64,000 nt of DNA from Alphaproteobacteria bacterium (GTDB lineage: Bacteria; Pseudomonadota; Alphaproteobacteria; Micavibrionales; UBA2020): the NCBI GenBank assembly GCA_016794125.1, contig JAEUKT010000002.1:719396-783395 (forward strand), read 5' to 3'. A program made the translations under genes and the position numbers. How positions within the stretch are numbered: the first letter of the stretch is position 1; each line of letters starts with the position of its first letter. Shown piece after piece: positions 8,684 to 16,424 of this stretch. The notes beneath the pieces were generated by a model. That model was given only the letters and a program-made list of their open reading frames with translations, made no database searches and was not told where the DNA came from.

Positions 8684-9955
8684 ATGTTCCGCATGAAAAT
8701 CGCCGCCGTCGTCCTTGCGCTTGGCATCTTCTTCGCTCCCGCGCCCGCTTCCGCGCAGTGCGAATTCCCGGGCGTTACGCAGATCGCGGCGGCCGGTTTC
8801 GCCGCTTCGTCCGTCGCGCTTTTGAACGCGAACTATCTGGCTGTGCCGCCGACCGGCGGCGGGATATTGCCGACCGCCTGGACGCTGACGACGCAGATCA
8901 CGCAGGCGATGCTGAACGCCGCGCTGAAGGCGTTCGAAACGCGCCTTTACAACCGCCTGCGCGATTTCTGGGACGATTATCTGGAAGCCTTGCAGGACAT
9001 GACCGCGCAGCTGAACTCGTCGCTCAACGACGGCACGCGTAACATGAACAGCCTGTTCGACACCAGCAACATGACGATGAACCAGCGCACCGTGCAGCAG
9101 GTCGAAATTCAGGCCAAAAAACAATTCCAGCCGACCAACGAAGGCTGCCGCTTCGACACCGCCGCCCGCTATATGGCGACCACGACGCGCACGGCAAAGG
9201 CGATGTCGTCCGGCCTTGGCAAGGATTTCACCGGCGTCGGCATGAACGGCACGGGCTCGGACGCGCAAAAAGGCCCCGGCCAGCTGGCGCAGGTGCGCTG
9301 GAACCGCTACCGCACGCTGTTCTGCGACGACCGCATGAACGGCGGCAGGGCCGGCTGCGCGGCGGGCAACCCGCTCGTGAACGCGCACGTGACCCCGTCG
9401 AAAACGCTGTTCGGCCGCGAAACGATCCCCATGAACACCGACCCGAACTACAAGATCGCGGTGAACGAACTGATCTATAACCTGATCGGCTACGAAGCGC
9501 CCGCGCCCATCCCCGTCGATGGCCTTGCCGCGCCGTCGCTGAAAGACCGCCGTCAGGAACAGCGCGCCTATGCAACGCAAATGGACGCGGTCGCCGCGCT
9601 TATCTATGACGTGGTCGGCGAACGTACGCCCGGCCAGGCCGCGCCCGAAGTGCAGGCGTTGCGCCAGAGCCAGGGCATCACCGACGCGAACCCGAAACCT
9701 TCCGACCGTGAAATCCGCCAATCGACGCTGGAGCAGCTGTGGAACCCCGGCTACTACGTCGATCTGGGCGATTCCGACTCGACCACCAACCGCAAGGAAG
9801 TGTTCCTGCAGGCCTACAACCTGATGCTGATTTACAAGCTGGTCGATAAGACCGAAAAAATCGCCAACGTGTTCGTGGCGGAAACCGCGAACTGGCTGGA
9901 CGAAAACCAGGGCGACGTGATGACCGACCAGCAATCCAACGTACCGATCCGGTAA
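8684..9955 (+). CDS. T4BSS-adjacent secreted paralog 3 of 4 (unknown family)
   Basis: Signal peptide ending ASA/QCEFPG. Motif blocks DFWDDYLEALQDMTAQL; FCDDRMNGGRAGC; LIYNLIGYEAPAPIP; KPSDREIRQSTLEQLW. AGGA lies 9 nt before the ATG. Confidence 0.7.
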   Translation: MFRMKIAAVVLALGIFFAPAPASAQCEFPGVTQIAAAGFAASSVALLNANYLAVPPTGGGILPTAWTLTTQITQAMLNAALKAFETRLYNRLRDFWDDYLEALQDMTAQLNSSLNDGTRNMNSLFDTSNMTMNQRTVQQVEIQAKKQFQPTNEGCRFDTAARYMATTTRTAKAMSSGLGKDFTGVGMNGTGSDAQKGPGQLAQVRWNRYRTLFCDDRMNGGRAGCAAGNPLVNAHVTPSKTLFGRETIPMNTDPNYKIAVNELIYNLIGYEAPAPIPVDGLAAPSLKDRRQEQRAYATQMDAVAALIYDVVGERTPGQAAPEVQALRQSQGITDANPKPSDREIRQSTLEQLWNPGYYVDLGDSDSTTNRKEVFLQAYNLMLIYKLVDKTEKIANVFVAETANWLDENQGDVMTDQQSNVPIR

Positions 9956-9964
9956 GGAGAGCGC

Positions 9965-11302
9965 ATGTTCTTTACATCTGGGACAGCTTCGAAAACCGAG
10001 AAACCGGCGAAATCATCGCTCTGGATGGCGCTGCCGGTGCTGGCCTTCTGCGCGATCCTGACGCCGTCGGATAACGCCTATGCGCAGGCCTGCGAATCCC
10101 CGGGCGACGCGTCGTCCGACTTCAGCGACCTTGCCAGCGACATCGTCGATGAACTGAACGATTTCATCGACCAGGAAGAAAACTTCATCACCGAACTGGT
10201 CACGCACCGCGCGAAATACGAGATGCTGAACCGCCTCTACGAATTCGACTTCAACATCCGCGTCGGGTTGACGAACTGGTGGTGGAACTCGTCGCATAAC
10301 TGCTTCCTCTGCGCGATGAAGCACCAGACGATGCAGCTGTCCGCCGACCAGGTGGACCAGTCGCGCCAGCTGGGCTCGCTGATGGATGCGCAGATGCAGA
10401 ACGAGATCACCAACGACGTGAACCAGCAGCAGGTGGAGGCGACCCGCCGCTACCAGCCGAACGAAGCGTCCTGCTCCGTTGACTCGCTGGCGACCGCCGG
10501 CAGCGCGGCGACCGCGGGCGGCGTGACCAAGGCCTATATGATGTCGCGCGCGCTCAGCCGCGCGATGGCGAAAGAGGCGCAGCCGCGCCGCGCCAACGCC
10601 GTCGGCTCCCCGTCCGAAAAAGGTTCGGGCGCGGAAAACAACTGGCTGTGGAACGACTACGTGAACAAATGGTGCGACCCCGCCGTGGGCGACCAGGGCT
10701 GCGCCGCCGCCGGCGACCCCGTGACCGCGCACAAGCACACCGACCTGCCCGGCCTGCTGTGGGGCGACAAGCAGACGATCGACATGCAAGATGCCAAGCA
10801 GCGCGACATCGTCGAGGCCGCGACACGCTATTTCGTGAACCTGCGCACGCCGAACCCGGTGCCTGCACAGGTCATCAACGCGCCGCAAGGCCAGGAAGCG
10901 CTCCTCGACCGCCGCTCGCAAAGCGCGCGCCTGAACACGGTCTATAACGTCATCGGCCAGCTGATCGCGGAACGCGCCGGCGGTTCGGGCGTGAATACGC
11001 AGGACGTGCGCGTGGCGGCGGGCCTGCCCCCGGGCGACGCCGCAACGGATGCCAGCTACCGCGAATTGATGCAGGCGATGACGATGGACCGCCATCGCGA
11101 CCCGCAATGGGTGGTGCGCATGGTGAACGAACCCGAAGCGGTCCTGCGCGAACAGGGATCGATCAACGCGATCAAGATGCAGCAGATGAACGACCTGTAT
11201 AAACGCTGGGAAGAACTGGTCTGGATGTCGGCGGCAAACTACGCCAACAACCTCGATTCCGACATCCCGCACGATCAGGATGATGCCGCGCCGACCCGAT
11301 AA
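9965..11302 (+). CDS. T4BSS-adjacent secreted paralog 4 of 4 (unknown family)
   Basis: Signal peptide ending AYA/QACESPG. Motif blocks NWWWNSSHNCFLCAMKHQTMQL; WCDPAVGDQGC; FVNLRTPNPVP; ASYRELMQAMTMDRH. AAGGAG lies just upstream of the ATG. Confidence 0.7.
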   Translation: MFFTSGTASKTEKPAKSSLWMALPVLAFCAILTPSDNAYAQACESPGDASSDFSDLASDIVDELNDFIDQEENFITELVTHRAKYEMLNRLYEFDFNIRVGLTNWWWNSSHNCFLCAMKHQTMQLSADQVDQSRQLGSLMDAQMQNEITNDVNQQQVEATRRYQPNEASCSVDSLATAGSAATAGGVTKAYMMSRALSRAMAKEAQPRRANAVGSPSEKGSGAENNWLWNDYVNKWCDPAVGDQGCAAAGDPVTAHKHTDLPGLLWGDKQTIDMQDAKQRDIVEAATRYFVNLRTPNPVPAQVINAPQGQEALLDRRSQSARLNTVYNVIGQLIAERAGGSGVNTQDVRVAAGLPPGDAATDASYRELMQAMTMDRHRDPQWVVRMVNEPEAVLREQGSINAIKMQQMNDLYKRWEELVWMSAANYANNLDSDIPHDQDDAAPTR

Positions 11303-11330
11303 ATTTTGCTTTGCTTAAGGGAGACCTGAC

Positions 11331-11498
11331 ATGAAAAAGAAGACCGCCATCGTCCTTTCCGCCCTTGCGCTTGTGCTGGTGCTGACCGGCCCTGCGGCTG
11401 CCGTGTTCGAATGTCCCTGGACGGCCGTTTCGGGCAACAACCCGTCCGCCGACGGCGATTACGGCTGCGAAGACACCTCGGCCACCGGCCCCTGCTAA
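11331..11498 (+). CDS. Small secreted Cys-containing protein (55 aa, not in the ORF track)
   Basis: Hand translation: MKKKTAIVLSALALVLVLTGPAAAVFECPWTAVSGNNPSADGDYGCEDTSATGPC*. AAGGGAGA lies 6 nt before the ATG. It has a classical signal peptide and three Cys in the roughly 31-aa mature part. It is the last gene before the hairpin at 11521. Confidence 0.55.
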   Translation: MKKKTAIVLSALALVLVLTGPAAAVFECPWTAVSGNNPSADGDYGCEDTSATGPC

Positions 11499-11520
11499 TT
11501 TAACGGCCTGACGATTTCAT

Positions 11521-11552
11521 TATCCCGCGCCTGCTTGCTGCAGCGCGGGATA
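11521..11552 (+). terminator. Candidate terminator closing the paralog operon
   Basis: 10-bp perfect stem TATCCCGCGC..GCGCGGGATA with a 12-nt loop. The following T tract is weak (ATCTTGTT). Confidence 0.45.
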
Positions 11553-11682
11553 ATCTTGTTAGCGGATTATGTAATAATTACATTCTTGCTTCTTTTGAAC
11601 AACCGCTCCGCGCCCCCGTGACACAACATCTTGTGTCTGCTATCGTCCGATTCAAGCTATCCATAGTTACGGGGATACTTTG

Positions 11683-11904
11683 ATGCCATTCAGCTGGTCT
11701 GACCGCGAAAGCATTGCACGCGCGCTGATCGACACCTATCCGACCGCCGCGCGGCTGGAACTGGGTCTCGATGAATTGCAGCAAATGGTCGTCACCCTGC
11801 CCGAATTCACCGGCCCCGAAAACCCGCCCAAGCCCGCGCACCTTGAAGCCATCCTGTGGACATGGATGCGCCTGGCGGATGAGCAGGGGGGTGTTGCCGC
11901 ATGA
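11683..11904 (+). CDS. iscX: Fe-S cluster assembly protein IscX (YfhJ family)
   Basis: MPFSWSDRESIARALIDTYP....HLEAILWTWMRLADE aligns along its whole length with the IscX pattern (W-TD-REI-EAL-D-YP ... ILEAIL-W). Confidence 0.75.
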   Translation: MPFSWSDRESIARALIDTYPTAARLELGLDELQQMVVTLPEFTGPENPPKPAHLEAILWTWMRLADEQGGVAA

Positions 11905-13547
11905 ACGACATGTCGCCGAACCTTCCCGACAACAACAAAAACGATAACGGGAAATCGCTGCACTGGCATGTATTAGGGGGCAATAACAAACACCGTATCG
12001 GCGCCAACGCCGGTCTTGCGGTGTATGCCGAAACCGATGCGAACGGCGTGACAAAAACCACGCGGCTGATGTTCGATGCAGGCGCGCTGATCGGCGAAAG
12101 CCGCTTTGCCGAATATCCCGAACTTGCCGCCTGCGACAACGTCATTCCCGACATGGAAAAACATTTCGCGAAAAAAGGCAGCGGCGTAAAACCGCCCGAG
12201 CCTGTCGATGCGATTTTCCTGACGCACAACCACGTCGATCACGTGGGCGCGATCCCGTTTTATATCCTGATGGGCTATGAACTGCCGAAAATCTACGCCA
12301 CGCCCTATACGGTCAAGCGTCTGGAACAGGAACTGACGAACGCGAATATCGACCCCGAAGACTGGCCCGAAATGATTTCCATCGCCCCCGGCAATCCCGT
12401 GCAGGAAGGCAAGGTCAAGGTCAACGCGTTCTGGGTGTCACATTCCACGCCGCAATCGGCGGGATACTTCATCGAAACGCCGGAGGGGAATATTTTGAAC
12501 CCCGGCGATTTCAAGATGGACCCCACGCTGGTCTGGGGTCCCGCATTTAACAACGCGCAATTCAGCCGCATGATCGCGGGAAAACCGGTCGACCTGTTGC
12601 TGCTCGATTCAACCGGCGCCGATCGCGACACGCCTACCACGCACGAAGCCGATGTGCGCGACACGCTGCGCGGGTTGATGAAAAAATATCCCGGCAAACG
12701 CTTTGTCATCGGCGTGATGAGCGGGTACGAAGAAAACCTCGCCTCCGTCGCGCAGGTATCGGCGGAAGCCAACCGCTCCGTCTGGATTTCCGGCTGGTCG
12801 CACGAACAATCGCTGGCCGCGCTGAAGGCGACCGGCATGACGCTGTCGGATGCCGTCGGGCGCGAGATCAAGGTGCGCATGCTCGACCGCGGCAACGCAT
12901 CCAAGGATCTGGCCGATACGCGCCCCGGCGCCGCCGTCGTGATCGTGACCGGCGCATCGGGTCTGCCGAACGCCGTGCTGACGCGCGCGGCCGACGGCGT
13001 GCATCCCACGCTGACGCTGGATAAAGATAAAGACATCATCCTGCTGGTCGCAACATCCATCCCGGGTCAGGAAGCATCGCGGGAACGCATGCTGTCCATC
13101 CTGCGCGCCAAGGGCTTCAAGGTGCTGACCAAGAGCGAGGAAACGCTGTATTCCCACGCCCATGCGCGCCTGCCGGAACTGATGGATTTCGCCAAATTGG
13201 CGAACCCGAAAAACGTGCTGCCCATCCACGGCGACACGCATCTGCGCGAAGCGAACCGCGAAGCGATGACGAAACTGGGTTTCAACAGCCTGTCCGCCGA
13301 TAACGGCGATGTTCTGAGAGTTTCGAAATCCGGCGTTGAATCGGTCAACCCCGACAGCAAGGGCCGGCCGAAACTGGTGGGCTTCAAGACGCTGCAGGGC
13401 CAGCGCTGGAACGACCGCAATTACATGCAGATCAACGCGCCGCAGGACAAACCCGACGCGGTGGAGCCTGCAAATAACAACAGCAAGCCCAAACGCCCCA
13501 AAATCTTCAACGTCAACCCGCCGCCCAAGCCGCCCGCGGCAGCGTGA
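11901..13547 (+). CDS. rnj: Ribonuclease J (metallo-beta-lactamase/beta-CASP family)
   Basis: HxHxDH motif (THNHVDHVGAIPF). Size (548 aa) and overall pattern are those of RNase J. Its start overlaps the iscX stop (ATGA). Confidence 0.75.
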   Translation: MNDMSPNLPDNNKNDNGKSLHWHVLGGNNKHRIGANAGLAVYAETDANGVTKTTRLMFDAGALIGESRFAEYPELAACDNVIPDMEKHFAKKGSGVKPPEPVDAIFLTHNHVDHVGAIPFYILMGYELPKIYATPYTVKRLEQELTNANIDPEDWPEMISIAPGNPVQEGKVKVNAFWVSHSTPQSAGYFIETPEGNILNPGDFKMDPTLVWGPAFNNAQFSRMIAGKPVDLLLLDSTGADRDTPTTHEADVRDTLRGLMKKYPGKRFVIGVMSGYEENLASVAQVSAEANRSVWISGWSHEQSLAALKATGMTLSDAVGREIKVRMLDRGNASKDLADTRPGAAVVIVTGASGLPNAVLTRAADGVHPTLTLDKDKDIILLVATSIPGQEASRERMLSILRAKGFKVLTKSEETLYSHAHARLPELMDFAKLANPKNVLPIHGDTHLREANREAMTKLGFNSLSADNGDVLRVSKSGVESVNPDSKGRPKLVGFKTLQGQRWNDRNYMQINAPQDKPDAVEPANNNSKPKRPKIFNVNPPPKPPAAA

Positions 13548-13573
13548 CAATTTCCCGCCTGCGGCGGCGTGAA

Positions 13574-15097
13574 TTAAGCCTGCTGTAAACGCGGCAACGG
13601 CTTCTTCGGCCCTTCGGGTCGCGGCGGGCTCTGGCGGAACAGGGGGTCGCTGGTGAAGATGCCCTGCAAAATCTGGCGCATGCCGTCCGCTTTTTCGGGG
13701 TTTTTATCCAGCAATTCGCGCGCGTCGTCGATCAGCGCGCGGCGCGCGTTCAGCAATGCCTTTACGTCGCCCGGATTTTTCGCAACCGCCGGATCGCTGT
13801 AGATTTTCGCCTGCAGCAGGTCGAACATCTGCCACGGCGCGATTTGGGGCGTGGCGGGCGCGCCGCCGCCGAACAGCTGCTTCAGCGCCTCGCCCATATC
13901 GGGGCCTTCGACGGTTTTCTTGATGATGGCGGCCTTGAAATCATAGGCGTCATGTATGAACTGGTTCGCGGCATCAACCGTGCGCCCGTCCACCTTGTTC
14001 TGGATCAGGATGCGGAAATACTCCTCGCCCAGCGCCGCCACGCCCGACAGATGCGTCGCCTGTTCGGGCGTCAGCGCGGTTTTTTCCGTGATGTCGTATG
14101 CCATGTCGCGCAGCTGCGTGGGGCTCAGCTTGCGGAAATTTTCGACGCCCATTTTTTCCACCCGCGCCTGCAATTCATACAGGGCAGGGTAGGTGGTGGC
14201 GATAATCGCGCCGAAATAGGCGTTGTTGTCGGATTCATACACCTTGGTGCGCGCGTTTTCGGTCAGCGCGACCACCGTGCCCTTGAAGTTCGCGTATTCG
14301 CCGATCAGCGCGGCAGGCGCGCCGTCCTTCACCGTCTGCATCAGCGCGCCGACCTCCGCGAAGGTTTCGGTTTTATGCAGGGCGATGACCTGGTCGAACC
14401 CCTTGTTCGCGCCCGCCACGGTCGGCAGGTAGCGTGTATCGAAACTGCGCCACGCGCCCTTGGCGCCCACGATATCGGCCATCTGTTCGCGGGTGATGTC
14501 GATTTTCAGCGATGCGCCGCGCAGCACATCGACGGCGTTGCCGTCGCCCGCACGCAGCACAAATGCCTGCTTCATGTAATCCTGTGCCGACAGGTTCGGG
14601 TTATACGGCACGACCACGGCGGATGCCGCGTGCAGCGCGTCGCCCGTCAGGCCGGGGCGCACCGACTGCGGCGCGAAGCCGCCCGCCTGCATCGCGAAGG
14701 ATGTCTGGGAAATTGCGGCCAGTTCTTCGGGCGACAGGCCGGATACTTTTTTGGATGTCAGGTATTCCTGCATCAGCAGCGGGAATTGCGGCACCGGCGT
14801 CCGGCGCAATTGCAGCTGCGTGCTGATCTGGTCGGGATCGGCGAAGACGATGCGCGGCGCGTCGGCCGGGCGGTCTTTGTTCAGGCGCGTTTCCAGCGCA
14901 GCAAGACGCTGGCTGGCGCGCGTCGTGTAGCTCTGCTGCAGTTCAGGGAAGCTGAGCGTATTTTTCTGCACGGTTTCGGTTTGCGCGGCATCGGGGGCGG
15001 CGGGGGCCGGTGTCGTTTGTCCTTGCGCGGCGGCGCCGAAAGCAAGGGTCAGGCCGGCAACACCTGTCAGCAGGGCTCTCTTGAATACGTTCATCAC
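13574..15097 (-). CDS. Secreted hypothetical protein (507 aa)
   Basis: Long ORF with coding-like composition and a signal peptide (MMNVFKRALLTGVAGLTLAFGAAAQG). I recognise no family. The C-terminus is Lys/Pro-rich (..RPEGPKKPLPRLQQA). Confidence 0.6.
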   Translation of the reverse strand: MMNVFKRALLTGVAGLTLAFGAAAQGQTTPAPAAPDAAQTETVQKNTLSFPELQQSYTTRASQRLAALETRLNKDRPADAPRIVFADPDQISTQLQLRRTPVPQFPLLMQEYLTSKKVSGLSPEELAAISQTSFAMQAGGFAPQSVRPGLTGDALHAASAVVVPYNPNLSAQDYMKQAFVLRAGDGNAVDVLRGASLKIDITREQMADIVGAKGAWRSFDTRYLPTVAGANKGFDQVIALHKTETFAEVGALMQTVKDGAPAALIGEYANFKGTVVALTENARTKVYESDNNAYFGAIIATTYPALYELQARVEKMGVENFRKLSPTQLRDMAYDITEKTALTPEQATHLSGVAALGEEYFRILIQNKVDGRTVDAANQFIHDAYDFKAAIIKKTVEGPDMGEALKQLFGGGAPATPQIAPWQMFDLLQAKIYSDPAVAKNPGDVKALLNARRALIDDARELLDKNPEKADGMRQILQGIFTSDPLFRQSPPRPEGPKKPLPRLQQA

Positions 15098-15340
15098 ACC
15101 ACTCCCGTTTGAATTATTTGAATGTTTATAAGGGGATGCAAAGAATATATTCCATAATAGCAGAAAGAGTCAAACGCGAATTTCACCTTGTTTATCAATC
15201 TCTTGTACCCCGCCGGAGAATCTCCTGCGGGGTCTGTAGTGCCTTTTCTTCACCATGTTCAATAACCGTATCCATTTCAGGATAACAGAAAATGCGATAA
15301 ACGCAATTATAAAATGCTAAATGATTGAGTGCACAGGCAA

Positions 15341-15375
15341 AGAAAAACCCGCCGGCGGGGCTGCGCGGCGGGTTT
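15341..15375 (-). terminator. Intrinsic terminator of flgL
   Basis: 9-bp GC-rich stem (AACCCGCCG/CGGCGGGTT) followed on the minus strand by TTTTTCTTTG, about 25 nt after the flgL stop. Confidence 0.6.
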
Positions 15376-15398
15376 CGGGGGAGGGTGGCGGGAAGGGG

Positions 15399-16409
15399 TT
15401 ACAGGAAGTTGATGAGCGACAGCTGGTTCGTAATGCTGGTGACCTGATACGACGCCTGCAGCTGCGTCTGCAGCGCCTGGATTTGCGTGACCACATCGGT
15501 GGTGTCTGCGTTCTCCATCTTGCCGATCAATCCCTGCAGCATTGCGGATTCGCTTTCATGCGTCGCCTCGACCGCGTTCAGCAGGTTGAAATTTCCGCCG
15601 ACGCGGGTCGCCGCCGCATCCAGCTTTTCAACGCCGGCGCGCGCGATGTCCATGATGTTCTGGATCACGTCGTCCAGTTCGCTTGCGGTCGGGATGTCGC
15701 CGGGGGCGGGTTCCTGCATATTCGCCATGAAGCCCAGCGCCTTGATGATATCCTGGAAACCGTCCACATCGGCGCGCACGGTGTAATCCAGCTCGGTCGT
15801 TTCGCCGATGCGCATCGTGACCTGTCCAGATGCCGAAAGGCCGGGGTTCATGCCCACATCCGCCGTCGTCATGGCGGCGACGTTCGCGGTCAGCTGCGCC
15901 GTGGTGATGGTGCCGTTGCGCCAGTCGGTCAGTTGCTGCTGGAAATTATTGTTCAGCACCGATTCATCCGTGAACGGTGCGCTGGTGGAATCGGAACCCG
16001 CGAACAGGTAACGGCCATCAACCTTCAAATTGGCAAGGTCCTGCACGAAATCCAGCGCGTTCTGCGCGATGACCTTCAGCGACGGGATATCGGCCGAGCT
16101 GTCGCGCACGGCTGTCGTGATGCCGTCGATCAGCTGCGTCACCGCGTCGCGCGTGCTGTCCATCGCCGTGTTCATCTGCGTAATGCGCGAGGTAAGGCCG
16201 CTGATGTTGTCGAGATAGCTTTGCACGCGGCCCAGATCGGTGCGGTTGCGCTGGATGTTGGTGGCATCGACACCGAAACCCGCCAGCGTGTCGTATTTCT
16301 TGGTCGATGCGATCTGCCGCTGCAGGTCGGTCAGCGTGGCGTTCATGTCCTTCAGCCGCGCGATGTTCGCCTGCGTCGAGCCCAGGAAGGATACTTTTGA
16401 AATGGTCAT
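15399..16409 (-). CDS. flgL: Flagellar hook-associated protein 3 FlgL
   Basis: Flagellin-like N-terminus (..STQANIARLKDMNATLTDLQRQIASTKK..) and C-terminus (..LQASYQVTSITNQLSLINFL). It lies directly downstream of flgK. Confidence 0.8.
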   Translation of the reverse strand: MTISKVSFLGSTQANIARLKDMNATLTDLQRQIASTKKYDTLAGFGVDATNIQRNRTDLGRVQSYLDNISGLTSRITQMNTAMDSTRDAVTQLIDGITTAVRDSSADIPSLKVIAQNALDFVQDLANLKVDGRYLFAGSDSTSAPFTDESVLNNNFQQQLTDWRNGTITTAQLTANVAAMTTADVGMNPGLSASGQVTMRIGETTELDYTVRADVDGFQDIIKALGFMANMQEPAPGDIPTASELDDVIQNIMDIARAGVEKLDAAATRVGGNFNLLNAVEATHESESAMLQGLIGKMENADTTDVVTQIQALQTQLQASYQVTSITNQLSLINFL

Positions 16410-16424
16410 GTCACTTCTCCGTCA

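Noticed and set aside
5783-11302. Assigning the four paralogs outright as IcmX/TraW.
   Set aside because: The size, periplasmic nature and C-terminal helix are compatible, but I cannot verify sequence homology from memory. The idea is kept as a testable hypothesis only.
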